Translations under genes and position numbers: made by a program
Notes under the pieces: generated by a model
Told to the model about the DNA's origin: nothing
The model's database searches: none
The model's input: only the letters and a program-made list of their open reading frames with translations
In this document: piece by piece, positions 17,286 to 27,053 of the stretch
Numbering within the stretch: position 1 is the first letter of the stretch
Layout: each line of letters starts with the position of its first letter
NCBI RefSeq assembly: GCF_001574435.1
Contig: NZ_LOCN01000001.1
Location: 297,801 to 329,800 of the forward strand
DNA length: 32,000 nt
Origin: Moritella sp. JT01
Lineage (GTDB): Bacteria > Pseudomonadota > Gammaproteobacteria > Enterobacterales > Moritellaceae
Direction: 5' to 3'

Positions 17286-18089
17286 ATGACTGAGTCTTTG
17301 AAGCCAACGTTCGCACCGCTTGATAGTAGTGGTGAACATCAAATTGAAGATTGGTATTTACCGGACTTTGAAAATACGCAAGCTGCCGCACTGAATACTA
17401 ATGCGCTTGGTATGAAATCCGATTGGTATGAAGGTAAGCTTGCGCCAGGTGAACAGGTTGAAGAAGTTGAACCTCAGCCAATGACGGCCGAAGAACTTGA
17501 TGCGATACGCCAAGCGGCGTATGACGACGGTTACAATGAAGGGAAAGAGCAGGGCTATCAAGATGGATTTACGAGCGGTACCGCTGAAGGTCTTAGCCAA
17601 GGTGAAACGGAAGGTTTGGCGCAAGGTCTAGCGCAAGGCTTAGCTGATGGTCAGCAACAAATTGTTGATAAAGCGGCGGCTTGGGAGCAATTGCAAACGC
17701 AAATGCATACACCTCTTGCCGCGGTAAATAGCGAAGTTGAAAACGAATTAATTCGCGTAGCAACAGGCTTAGCAGAAGAATTAATTAAAACCGAAGTGAC
17801 GTTTAATCACGATATATTACTACAGACATTAAAGCTCGCGTTGGATGCTTTACCTGTGCTTGAACAAAAAATTACCATTACATTACATCCTGATGATTTA
17901 GCGGTGATTAATGAATACTATTCGGTTGAAGAGTGCGTAAAGCGTGATTGGGTATTAATTTCAGAGCCGATGATGAAACAAGGTGATCTGGTTATCAATA
18001 ACGAGGTATCTTCGGTCGAACTGTTAATGGAACAGCGTATAAAACAGATGATGCGTCAGTTCCTTATTGCTAATAAACCGGGTGCATAA
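17286..18089 (+). CDS. fliH: flagellar assembly protein FliH
   Basis: position plus Gly/Gln-rich GxxxG segment and C-terminal FliH/NolV domain. Confidence 0.9.
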   Translation: MTESLKPTFAPLDSSGEHQIEDWYLPDFENTQAAALNTNALGMKSDWYEGKLAPGEQVEEVEPQPMTAEELDAIRQAAYDDGYNEGKEQGYQDGFTSGTAEGLSQGETEGLAQGLAQGLADGQQQIVDKAAAWEQLQTQMHTPLAAVNSEVENELIRVATGLAEELIKTEVTFNHDILLQTLKLALDALPVLEQKITITLHPDDLAVINEYYSVEECVKRDWVLISEPMMKQGDLVINNEVSSVELLMEQRIKQMMRQFLIANKPGA

Positions 18090-19426
18090 TGACGGAATTA
18101 CTGACTCGTTTACAACAACTAAAAACCGACTCATTGGCGAGTAAACCCACTGTCGCCGGTAAGCTGACGCGTGTCGTCGGCTTGACACTCGAAGCCGTTG
18201 GTTGCCGGGCTGCGATTGGCAGTTTGTGTTCTGTCGAAACCGATAATAGTTTGATGGATGCCGAGGTTGTCGGTTTTGATGGTGATAAGTTATTCTTAAT
18301 GCCCAGTGAACAGGTCACTGGTATTATTCCCGGCGCAAAAGTAACACCACTCAATGAAACCCAAGGTATTCCGGTTGGTATGGAACTACTTGGTAGGGTA
18401 TTAGATGGTGTCGGTAAACCGATTGATGGTAAAGGCGAGATCATTACTGGACAAACTACGTCTTTTACGGCCAAGCGTATTAATCCGTTGGCGCGTAAAA
18501 AAATATCACAACCACTTGATGTCGGCGTTAAAGCCATTAATGCCATGCTCACCGTAGGTCAAGGTCAGCGTATGGGGCTTTTCGCTGGTTCTGGTGTCGG
18601 TAAGAGTGTGTTGTTAGGTATGATGACGCGTGGTTCGACCGCTGACGTTGTGGTTGTCGGTTTAATTGGTGAGCGTGGCCGTGAAGTAAAAGAATTTATT
18701 GAAGAGATCCTCGGTGAAGAAGGGCTTGCGCGCTCTGTTGTTGTTGCTGCGCCTGCAGATTCATCACCACTGATGCGCCTAAAAGGTTGCGAAACATCAT
18801 TAGCGATAGCAGAATACTTCCGTGACCAAGGCTTGAATGTATTGCTGTTAATGGATTCATTAACCCGTTTTGCACAAGCGCAGCGTGAAATTGCTCTCGC
18901 GGTGGGAGAGCCTCCTGCAACGAAAGGTTATCCGCCATCAGTATTTGCAAAATTACCGCAGTTGGTGGAGCGTGCTGGTAATGGCAGTGAGGAGCAGGGC
19001 TCGATTACCGCATTCTTTACCGTATTAACCGAAGGTGATGATTTACAAGATCCCATTGCCGATGCATCACGCGCAATTCTTGATGGTCATATCGTATTGT
19101 CACGAGAGTTAACGGATGCTGGACACTATCCTGCGATTGATATTGAAAAGTCGATTAGCCGAGTTATGCCAATGGTCACAACTGATTTCCATCAAGCCGC
19201 CGCTCGTGGATTCAAGCAAGCTTACTCGCTATATCAGCAGAACAAAGATCTGGTTGCTATTGGTGCTTATAGTCAAGGTGCCGATGCTAAAATTGATCGC
19301 GCCATTCGTTTAAAACCAGCAATGGACCAATTCTTACAGCAAGGCATGAAAGAAGTTATTCCGTTCTCGCAATGTGAAGAAATGCTTGCTGCTATCGCGC
19401 CGCATCTCGGCGTGGCAACCTCATAA
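18089..19426 (+). CDS. fliI: flagellum-specific ATP synthase FliI
   Basis: [19 protein letters not shown] Walker [46 protein letters not shown]. Confidence 0.97.
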   Translation: MTELLTRLQQLKTDSLASKPTVAGKLTRVVGLTLEAVGCRAAIGSLCSVETDNSLMDAEVVGFDGDKLFLMPSEQVTGIIPGAKVTPLNETQGIPVGMELLGRVLDGVGKPIDGKGEIITGQTTSFTAKRINPLARKKISQPLDVGVKAINAMLTVGQGQRMGLFAGSGVGKSVLLGMMTRGSTADVVVVGLIGERGREVKEFIEEILGEEGLARSVVVAAPADSSPLMRLKGCETSLAIAEYFRDQGLNVLLLMDSLTRFAQAQREIALAVGEPPATKGYPPSVFAKLPQLVERAGNGSEEQGSITAFFTVLTEGDDLQDPIADASRAILDGHIVLSRELTDAGHYPAIDIEKSISRVMPMVTTDFHQAAARGFKQAYSLYQQNKDLVAIGAYSQGADAKIDRAIRLKPAMDQFLQQGMKEVIPFSQCEEMLAAIAPHLGVATS

Positions 19427-19444
19427 TGAAACAGTGTCAATATA

Positions 19445-19891
19445 ATGTCTAATACAGCGCTACAACGAGTCTATCAGCAATTTGAAGAACAAGAAAAACA
19501 CGCCGCGAGAGCTTATGCGCTGATCCAACAAGATGCTGAGCGTTACCATAGTCAAATGCAGCAATTAAGTGATTATCGTAAACAATATTTACAGCAATTC
19601 ACTGAACGTGGGGAAGAAGGTATCTCAGGTAGTAGTTATGCGCATTATCATAACTTTATGAAAAAACTAGAATTAGCTGAATTTGAGCAGAAACAAGCAC
19701 TCGATAATATCAAACAAACAGTCAATAATAAGCATGCGGATTGGATGGAAATTCGTAAGAAGCGTGATGCGCTGGGTTTATTATTAGATAAACGCAAAGT
19801 CGCTGCACAGCTTGTCGAACAACGACGCGAGCAAAAAGATCTTGATGAATTTTCTAACTTCCAATATTTCAAGCGTAAAAATAACCGATAA
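19445..19891 (+). CDS. fliJ: flagellar export chaperone FliJ
   Basis: short coiled-coil protein in conserved position after fliI. Confidence 0.88.
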   Translation: MSNTALQRVYQQFEEQEKHAARAYALIQQDAERYHSQMQQLSDYRKQYLQQFTERGEEGISGSSYAHYHNFMKKLELAEFEQKQALDNIKQTVNNKHADWMEIRKKRDALGLLLDKRKVAAQLVEQRREQKDLDEFSNFQYFKRKNNR

Positions 19892-19950
19892 TACGATTAA
19901 TCTAGCCATATTTAGCGATTCATATTTTACCATCATTATTAATAGTAATT

Positions 19951-19966
19951 TGGCGTGAATTTTGCA
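19951..19966 (+). promoter_or_regulatory. sigma54 promoter of fliK operon
   Basis: TGGCGTGAATTTTGCA, one deviation from consensus; 46 nt before fliK. Confidence 0.75.
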
Positions 19967-20011
19967 TTTATTTCGCTATAACTTTTTATTGATGACATTT
20001 AGGCTTGAACT

Positions 20012-21601
20012 ATGACTTTCTCTCTACATAAATCAACAGCGATGACTGATACACAGGCGGCGAATAATAAATCGCAAGCGCTTAATGTCAAAGGCGATAC
20101 AGCTGAAAATATGGCGAGTGATGGGGAGTCGAGTACGCCTGAAAGTAGCTTTTCTAAGCTATTTTCTATCTTTAGTAGCAATAATAAAACAGATGCTATC
20201 GTCGGACAAACAGCCATTGATAGCGCTGATAATATAACGGTGGAGAGTGCGGCTGAGAGCTCTTTACTTAGTGCTGAGCCTGGTTCTGACGCGAGTATCG
20301 ATGATGGTTTTATCGCAGGGCGGATAGCTAAGACTAATGAGGTTGAAGCGATAGCTGGCGATGACTTAAATGTAATAAGCCAAGATGACAGCTTGCTTAA
20401 AAATGAAAGTAGCGATGACTTTTTGGCGCGTCTCGATCAATCATCTATGCTGTTGCAAAGTAATGCTGCGAGTGACGCAGGGGCATATATTCAGGGTAAA
20501 GCTAACGGTAATGAATTGCCTTTACAAGCAAAGGGGGCGAATATTGCCTCATCAGCCCCCGTTAGTATGACTGACTTATCCACGCCAGATAGTCGTGTGG
20601 CAGGTACGACGGATGTTAGTAATAATGAGCTGACACAAGTATTGCAAATGAGCGCGTTATCTACAGAGCTAACAGCTCTAACAGATTCAACAGATTCAAT
20701 AGATTCAATAGATTCAATAGATTCAATAGATTCAACAGATACGATCACAGCGTCAACGTTAGTCGGTATGTCGACAGTCGCTGGCCTTACTGATAATAAT
20801 CCTCGATTTACGCAAGGCGATTTATTAGCTACGGGCGATTCAATTAATGATGATGGCACACTTGATCCTGAACTCTTAGGTGGCGCTGGGAAGGTAAACT
20901 TAGCCACTGGTTTTGGCGAAACAGGGTTGGCGAAAAATAAACCTGTTGGTCAAGCTAATGGCATGGCCGCAGGGATCAGCAGTGCAGTAACAGAGAGTAA
21001 TTCAGCACTAGAACAGCTGGATATGACATCGCCTGAACCCATTGAGCAATTAGATTTTGCGCAAATTATGGAATCAGCACGTAAGCAAGAGCCGTTAGAC
21101 CAAACCACTCGTACCTTGGTAAAGACACCAGTATTAACGGACGCGGAACAACAAGTATTAGAGAAACGGGTTAATCTTAATAACAATCTCGCGACCTCTG
21201 AATTAAATGAAAAAATCGCTATTATGGCGGGTAAAGAATTACAAACAGCGACAATCCGCTTAGACCCGGCAGAATTAGGTAGTATGAATATCAAATTGGT
21301 TGTGCAAAACGATCAAATACATGTGACAATTCAAGCGCAGAATAATCAAAGCCGCGATTTACTTGAACAACAAATGCCGAGATTACGAGAAATGTTACAG
21401 CAACAGGGCATGACACTGGGTGAGACGCAAGTGCAAGCCGACAATGGGCAGCAGCAATCTGCATTTCAACAGTCAAGACAAGAAAACGGACAAAAAAATA
21501 GCAATAACGAAGCGAATTATACGATAGATTCACAGACTGAAGTCCCTGTTACTACTCAGTATTGGCAAGACTCGGCTAAAGGGGTAGACTTTTACGCCTA
21601 A
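20012..21601 (+). CDS. fliK: flagellar hook-length control protein FliK
   Basis: C-terminal LQTATIRLDPAELGSMNIKLVVQNDQIHVTIQAQNNQSRDLLEQQMPRLREMLQQQG, low-complexity N-terminal ruler-like region. Confidence 0.92.
   Translation: MTFSLHKSTAMTDTQAANNKSQALNVKGDTAENMASDGESSTPESSFSKLFSIFSSNNKTDAIVGQTAIDSADNITVESAAESSLLSAEPGSDASIDDGFIAGRIAKTNEVEAIAGDDLNVISQDDSLLKNESSDDFLARLDQSSMLLQSNAASDAGAYIQGKANGNELPLQAKGANIASSAPVSMTDLSTPDSRVAGTTDVSNNELTQVLQMSALSTELTALTDSTDSIDSIDSIDSIDSTDTITASTLVGMSTVAGLTDNNPRFTQGDLLATGDSINDDGTLDPELLGGAGKVNLATGFGETGLAKNKPVGQANGMAAGISSAVTESNSALEQLDMTSPEPIEQLDFAQIMESARKQEPLDQTTRTLVKTPVLTDAEQQVLEKRVNLNNNLATSELNEKIAIMAGKELQTATIRLDPAELGSMNIKLVVQNDQIHVTIQAQNNQSRDLLEQQMPRLREMLQQQGMTLGETQVQADNGQQQSAFQQSRQENGQKNSNNEANYTIDSQTEVPVTTQYWQDSAKGVDFYA
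20684..20737. repeat. in-frame 9-bp tandem repeat GATTCAA(T/C)A x6 inside fliK
   Basis: encodes (DS[I/T])6; units begin at 20684, 20693, 20702, 20711, 20720, 20729. Confidence 0.95.
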
Positions 21602-21655
21602 ACAGTTTAATTAGCATTTATTTAGCGTAATATAAGATTCGATTTAAGGACGATA

Positions 21656-22165
21656 ATGGCCGACGACAACGATTTGAAAATAGATGATAAAAGTAAAGGT
21701 AATAAAAAAATCATTATTATTGCGGTGATTTTAATATTAACGCTTGCAGGGGCTGGCGCGGCGTTTTTCTTTTTAAGTGGGGATGATAGAGACACTACCG
21801 ATAGCGCAGAACCTGTGACTGAAAGTGTCGATAGAAGTGTAACTGAAACGGCATATTATGTTGCTATGCCACGTCCTTTTGTTTTTAATATTATAGGATT
21901 AAAACGCGAACGCTTAGTGCAGATTAAAGTTCAATTAATGGTACGCGGTAGTGACAATCAAAAATTAGCGAAAACCAATGTCCCTTTAATTGAAAGTACC
22001 TTGTTGCAAGTTTTTAGCGCAACCACAGAGCAGCAGCTCGCTACATATGAAGGCAAAGAATTATTGCGTTCAGATTCATTGCTGAGTGTGCATGAAATTT
22101 TGATTAAATATACTGGAAAAAGGGTTGTTGAAAAGATCCTATTTTCTGGTTTTGTAATGCAGTAG
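21656..22165 (+). CDS. fliL: flagellar basal body-associated protein FliL
   Basis: N-terminal single TM, YYVAMPRPFVFNI, C-terminal VLFSGFVMQ. Confidence 0.93.
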   Translation: MADDNDLKIDDKSKGNKKIIIIAVILILTLAGAGAAFFFLSGDDRDTTDSAEPVTESVDRSVTETAYYVAMPRPFVFNIIGLKRERLVQIKVQLMVRGSDNQKLAKTNVPLIESTLLQVFSATTEQQLATYEGKELLRSDSLLSVHEILIKYTGKRVVEKILFSGFVMQ

Positions 22166-22172
22166 GTTATGT

Positions 22173-23219
22173 GTGAGTGATTTATTAAGTCAAGACGAGA
22201 TTGATGCGCTATTACACGGTGTTGATGATGTTGAAGAAGATGAGTTTGACTCCGTAGAAGAGAGTGGCAATATTGTCGATTTTGACTTTTCATCGCAAGA
22301 CCGTATTGTGCGTGGACGTATGCCTACGCTGGAGTTGGTGAATGAACGTTTCGCACGGCATATGCGGATCAGCCTATTTAATATGATGCGTCGTACAGCC
22401 GAAGTGTCCATTAATGGCGTGCAGATGCTGAAGTTTGGTGAGTATGTTCACACATTATTCGTACCAACCAGTTTAAACATGGTACGTTTTCGTCCATTAA
22501 AAGGCACGGCGTTAGTCACCATGGAAGCACGGTTAGTGTTTATTTTGGTCGAAAACTTTTTTGGTGGTGATGGTCGTTATCATGCAAAAATTGAAGGTCG
22601 TGAATTTACGCCAACCGAACGCCGTATTATTCAAATGCTATTAAAGATTGTCTTTGAAGATTATCACGAGGCATGGGCACCGGTTATGGATGCGGAATTT
22701 GAATATCTTGATTCTGAAGTAAACCCGGCAATGGCAAATATTGTAAGTCCCACCGAAGTGGTGGTGGTGAGTTCATTCCATATCGAGCTTGATGGCGGTG
22801 GTGGTGATTTCCATATTACCATGCCATATTCTATGCTCGAACCGATTCGTGAGTTGCTCGACGCGGGTGTGCAAAGTGATAAAGAGGATACTGACGAACG
22901 TTGGAGCTCGGCATTACAAGAAGAAATTTTAGATGTTCCGGTAGAGTTAAGTACAAGATTGCTTGAAACTGAGCTTTCATTAAGGCAGATCATGGAATTG
23001 AAAGCGGGGGATATCATCCCGATTGATATGCCAGAAGACCTTACCGTTTTTATTGAAGATTTACCGAGTTATAAAGCCAAACTTGGCCGAAATAGAGATA
23101 ACGTTGCGGTTAAGATTAGTAAAAAGTTAAAAGTAAGTAATTTAACTAAATCAGAGATTGACCACGTTGCATTACGTGGTGGGCTATTGAATTTAGGCGA
23201 TAAAAATGACGATAAATAA
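22173..23219 (+). CDS. fliM: flagellar motor switch protein FliM
   Basis: LLSQDEIDALLHGVDD, FARHMRISLFNMMRRTAEVSING; GTG start. Confidence 0.96.
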   Translation: MSDLLSQDEIDALLHGVDDVEEDEFDSVEESGNIVDFDFSSQDRIVRGRMPTLELVNERFARHMRISLFNMMRRTAEVSINGVQMLKFGEYVHTLFVPTSLNMVRFRPLKGTALVTMEARLVFILVENFFGGDGRYHAKIEGREFTPTERRIIQMLLKIVFEDYHEAWAPVMDAEFEYLDSEVNPAMANIVSPTEVVVVSSFHIELDGGGGDFHITMPYSMLEPIRELLDAGVQSDKEDTDERWSSALQEEILDVPVELSTRLLETELSLRQIMELKAGDIIPIDMPEDLTVFIEDLPSYKAKLGRNRDNVAVKISKKLKVSNLTKSEIDHVALRGGLLNLGDKNDDK

Positions 23220-23228
23220 GGTATTGAC

Positions 23229-23612
23229 ATGAGTACAGATCAAGATCAGATGGCAAATGATTGGGCTGCAGCAATGGCTGAGCAAAGCAGTGTTGAGGCC
23301 ACTGAATTAGAAGATTTTAACAATGATGAGGTTCCATTCTCGGCGGTCCAGCAACAAAAGCTAGACAGTATTCTTGATATTCCAGTTGTGATTTCGATGG
23401 AAGTTGGTCGTAGTAAAATTAGTATTCGTAATTTATTACAGTTAAACCAAGGCTCTGTTGTTGAACTCGATCGCATTGCGGGTGAACCGCTCGATGTCAT
23501 GGTTAACGGTACATTGATTGCTCACGGTGAAGTCGTTGTCGTCAATGATAAATTTGGTATTCGTTTAACTGACGTTATCAGTCAAACCGAACGTATTAAA
23601 AAGCTTAAATAA
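23229..23612 (+). CDS. fliN: flagellar motor switch protein FliN
   Basis: LDIPVVISMEVGRSKISIRNLLQLNQGSVVELDRIAGEPLDVMVNGTLIAHGEVVVVNDKFGIRLTDV. Confidence 0.96.
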   Translation: MSTDQDQMANDWAAAMAEQSSVEATELEDFNNDEVPFSAVQQQKLDSILDIPVVISMEVGRSKISIRNLLQLNQGSVVELDRIAGEPLDVMVNGTLIAHGEVVVVNDKFGIRLTDVISQTERIKKLK

Positions 23613-23613
23613 T

Positions 23614-23937
23614 ATGAACGATATCGATATGCTGCAATGGCTATTATCATTGCTTGTAGTTATTGCGGTTATCGTAATACTCGCTTTTTTGGCGAAAAAG
23701 GCGCGTGTATTTGGCAGTAATCACCAACAGCTAAACGTTGTCGCAACATTACCGCTAGGGCCGAAAGAACGTATCATGGTCGTACAAGTGGGGTCAGAAC
23801 AAGTGCTACTAGGTGTGACAGGACAACAAATCAATCTGCTCAAAGAACTTGAACAACCACTGGTAAATAGCCAACCAGAACTCAATCCATTTGCTACTAA
23901 ATTAGCCCAGATGATGAAACAGCATAATGAAAAATAA
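23614..23937 (+). CDS. fliO: flagellar biosynthetic protein FliO
   Basis: small TM protein with [37 protein letters not shown], position between fliN and fliP. Confidence 0.92.
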   Translation: MNDIDMLQWLLSLLVVIAVIVILAFLAKKARVFGSNHQQLNVVATLPLGPKERIMVVQVGSEQVLLGVTGQQINLLKELEQPLVNSQPELNPFATKLAQMMKQHNEK

Positions 23938-24673
23938 GTTTACGGTATTACTGTCGCTGGTACTGCTCTTCTTCACTTCTGCTGCATGGGCTGATAATTC
24001 GGTGATGTCGGCGGTGAAAGTGATCACAAACAGTGATGGCTCACAGGAATATTCGGTGTCATTGCAAATTTTAGCCATGATGACGGCGCTGAGTTTTCTA
24101 CCCGCTGCGCTGATCATGATGACCTCTTTTACTCGCATCATCATTGTACTGTCTATTTTACGCCAAGCCTTAGGGTTACAACAAAGCCCCTCTAATCAAG
24201 TATTAGTGGGTATCACTTTATTCCTGTCCTTTTTCATTATGTCGCCTGTATTTGAGCGTATTAATGACAATGCGCTACAGCCTTATTTGAGTGAAGAACT
24301 GACCTCGATGCAAGCCTTTGAACAGGCTAAATTGCCGATGCAACAATTCATGTTGGCACAAACCCGGGTGACCGATATTGATACCTTCATGCGGATAGCG
24401 AAAGTCGAAGCTAATTCTCCAGAAGAAGTCCCTTTCCGCGTATTGATCCCCGCATTTGTTACCAGCGAATTAAAAACCGCCTTTCAAATTGGATTTATGG
24501 TGTTCATTCCATTTTTGATTATTGACTTGGTAGTGGCGAGTATTTTGATGGCGATGGGTATGATGATGTTATCTCCGATGATTGTTTCATTACCTTTTAA
24601 GCTTATGTTGTTCGTGTTAGTCGATGGCTGGAGTTTAATTATGGGCACGCTTGCGGCTAGTTTTGGTTTATGA
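23927..24673 (+). CDS. fliP: flagellar biosynthetic protein FliP
   Basis: [41 protein letters not shown]. Confidence 0.96.
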   Translation: MKNKFTVLLSLVLLFFTSAAWADNSVMSAVKVITNSDGSQEYSVSLQILAMMTALSFLPAALIMMTSFTRIIIVLSILRQALGLQQSPSNQVLVGITLFLSFFIMSPVFERINDNALQPYLSEELTSMQAFEQAKLPMQQFMLAQTRVTDIDTFMRIAKVEANSPEEVPFRVLIPAFVTSELKTAFQIGFMVFIPFLIIDLVVASILMAMGMMMLSPMIVSLPFKLMLFVLVDGWSLIMGTLAASFGL

Positions 24674-24739
24674 CGACGCTCTTTATATACAAGTTCATCA
24701 ATCGGCTTATAAGCCTGTTAATAAGTAATAGGGAGCATC

Positions 24740-25009
24740 ATGGCACCTGAAGTCTTTGTCGATATATTTAGACAAGCATTATGGACCGTATTACTGCTGG
24801 TATGTGCGGTTGTTGTTCCGGGGTTATTAGTCGGTTTAGTGGTCTCTGTCTTTCAGGCCGCGACCTCAATTAATGAACAAACATTAAGTTTCTTACCACG
24901 TTTAATCGCGACCTTGTTGGCACTCATTTATGGTGCGCATTGGGGCTTTGCCCGTTTGATGGATTTTTTTACCAATATGATGCTCCAGATCCCACAAGTT
25001 GTAGGCTAA
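24740..25009 (+). CDS. fliQ: flagellar biosynthetic protein FliQ
   Basis: GLLVGLVVSVFQAATSINEQTLSFLPR. Confidence 0.95.
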   Translation: MAPEVFVDIFRQALWTVLLLVCAVVVPGLLVGLVVSVFQAATSINEQTLSFLPRLIATLLALIYGAHWGFARLMDFFTNMMLQIPQVVG

Positions 25010-25012
25010 TTA

Positions 25013-25798
25013 GTGGAGATTCTATCGGCTGATATTATGACGTTTATGGCCAGTTATATTTGGCCGTTTGCACGCCTTTCTGGCATGGTTATGGTCATGA
25101 TAGTCAGTGGTGCGAAAACAACGCCACCCATGATCCGGTTATTTTACTGTCTTGCGCTCACCGCGATGGTCGCGCCTGTATTACCACCTATGCCTAATGT
25201 CGAACTGTTCTCTTTGGGCAGTTTTATGATTATCCTGCAACAGAGTCTGATTGGTATTGCGATTGGTTTTGTCACCGTCATGCTGATTCAGACATTTGTT
25301 ATTGCGGGGCAAATTATTGCGATGCAAACCAGTTTAGGTTTCGCTGCGATGGCCGATCCTGGATCCGGTCAGACTTCACCTGTTATTGGTCAAATCTATA
25401 TTTTATTAGGCACTCTGGTTTATCTATCCGTTAATGGTCATTTATTTATGATCGAAACAGTCGTTAAATCTTTTGAGACACTTCCGGTGTCCGCGTCTGG
25501 TTTAATGGCTGTTCAGTACTATGAAATAGCGGGCTGGATGTCGGTAATGATCGCTGCTGCATTGAGTATGTCATTGTCTGCGGTTGTTGCTATGCTCGTG
25601 ATTAACTTTTCATTTGGTGTGATGACCAAAGCTGCACCGCAACTAAATGTATTTAGTTTAGGTTTCGCGGTTGGTATGGTGGCAGGCTTATTTATTATTT
25701 ACTTATCATTAAAAAGTTTTATGTTTCATTTTAATGCCCAATGGCAGAGAGCGGGTGAATTGATTTGTTCGCTGCTCAATAATGCTTGTGCGTATTAA
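25013..25798 (+). CDS. fliR: flagellar biosynthetic protein FliR
   Basis: GFVTVMLIQTFVIAGQIIAMQTSLGFAAMADPGSGQTSPVIGQIY; GTG start. Confidence 0.94.
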   Translation: MEILSADIMTFMASYIWPFARLSGMVMVMIVSGAKTTPPMIRLFYCLALTAMVAPVLPPMPNVELFSLGSFMIILQQSLIGIAIGFVTVMLIQTFVIAGQIIAMQTSLGFAAMADPGSGQTSPVIGQIYILLGTLVYLSVNGHLFMIETVVKSFETLPVSASGLMAVQYYEIAGWMSVMIAAALSMSLSAVVAMLVINFSFGVMTKAAPQLNVFSLGFAVGMVAGLFIIYLSLKSFMFHFNAQWQRAGELICSLLNNACAY

Positions 25799-25833
25799 CG
25801 CCGCTCACCACATTAGGATAAAGGTATTTCCTC

Positions 25834-26964
25834 ATGGCTGAAAAAGACGGACAGGAACAAACCGAAGACGCCACCGAGAAAAAGATCACCCAAGCCAGAG
25901 AGAAAGGTCAGGTAGTACGTTCGAAAGAACTCGCGACGACCTTGGTACTGACGGCAAGTGGTGCCGCTTTCCTTGCTTTTGGTGATGCACTCGCCCGTGC
26001 GCTAGTGACTAATATGACGCGTTTATTTAAACTCGACCGTGAAGATGTATTCAATCCTGATGCCTTGATCGAAATTGTTGGCGCGAGTGTTAAACCGTTA
26101 TTTTGGCCCCTGTTCGGTATTATGATTGTGGGATTTTTTGCCGGTATTATTGGTAATGTTATGATGGGGGGCATGGTTTTTAGTGGGGAATCTATTCGTC
26201 CGAAAGCATCAAAAATGTCACCTAAAGCAGGTCTTAAAAGAATGATGGGACCGCAAGCCATGGTTGAATTGATTAAATCAATTGCCAAGGTTACGGTTGT
26301 CGTGACGATTGCCTTGTTGGTGCTAAAAGTGCAGTTTTTACAGATTATGGAGTTTAGTCTCCAGCCATTGCATATTTCGATTGTCCAATCGCTGAGTTTT
26401 TTGACTGATATTTTTATTTGGTTGTGTGCATCTTTGATTATTATTGTCGCGATTGATGTGCCTTACCAATATTGGAAACATGCGAAAGAATTGCGGATGA
26501 CCAAGCAAGAAGTTAAAGATGAAATGAAAGATGTGAATGGTAATCCACAGTTAAAAGGCAAGATCCGACAAATGCAGATGGAGGTATCGCAACGTCGTAT
26601 GATGGGTGATGTTCCTGACGCTGATGTGATTATTACCAATCCAACACATTATTCTGTGGCGTTAAAATATGAAAAAACCGGTAACACCGCCCCTAAAGTT
26701 GTGGCTAAAGGTGTTGATCAAGTGGCATTCCGTATTCGTGAAATGGCGAAAGAACACAAAGTACCAATCTTAGAGTCTGCGGCTTTAACACGTGCTATTT
26801 ATCATACCACTGAGATTGATGATCCAATACCTGAAGGGTTATTTATCGCGGTAGCACAGATACTTGCCTATGTTTATCAGCTTGAACAATTTAAACAACG
26901 TAAAGGTAATCGGCCTAAACCGCTACCAAAAACCATAGATATTCCTGATGACCTAAAATATTAG
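25834..26964 (+). CDS. flhB: flagellar export apparatus protein FlhB
   Basis: DGQEQTEDATEKKITQAREKGQVVRSKEL and NPTH autocleavage motif (26638-26649). Confidence 0.96.
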   Translation: MAEKDGQEQTEDATEKKITQAREKGQVVRSKELATTLVLTASGAAFLAFGDALARALVTNMTRLFKLDREDVFNPDALIEIVGASVKPLFWPLFGIMIVGFFAGIIGNVMMGGMVFSGESIRPKASKMSPKAGLKRMMGPQAMVELIKSIAKVTVVVTIALLVLKVQFLQIMEFSLQPLHISIVQSLSFLTDIFIWLCASLIIIVAIDVPYQYWKHAKELRMTKQEVKDEMKDVNGNPQLKGKIRQMQMEVSQRRMMGDVPDADVIITNPTHYSVALKYEKTGNTAPKVVAKGVDQVAFRIREMAKEHKVPILESAALTRAIYHTTEIDDPIPEGLFIAVAQILAYVYQLEQFKQRKGNRPKPLPKTIDIPDDLKY

Positions 26965-27002
26965 TGTCATTTGTGGACTTCAACACTGAATGCTTTTGCC
27001 TT

Positions 27003-27018
27003 CGGTATGATTATTGCT
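27003..27018 (+). promoter_or_regulatory. putative sigma54 promoter upstream of flhA
   Basis: CGGTATGATTATTGCT (GG...TTGCT spacing correct, two deviations); 36 nt before flhA. Confidence 0.55.
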
Positions 27019-27053
27019 TTATACTATCAAGCATAAAATTTTGAGGTCTCGTA

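Noticed and set aside
19999-21533. Several minus-strand ORFs opposite fliK (including a 138-aa ORF rich in VESIESIE)
   Set aside because: Mirror of the low-complexity fliK coding sequence and its 9-bp repeat; no independent coding evidence.
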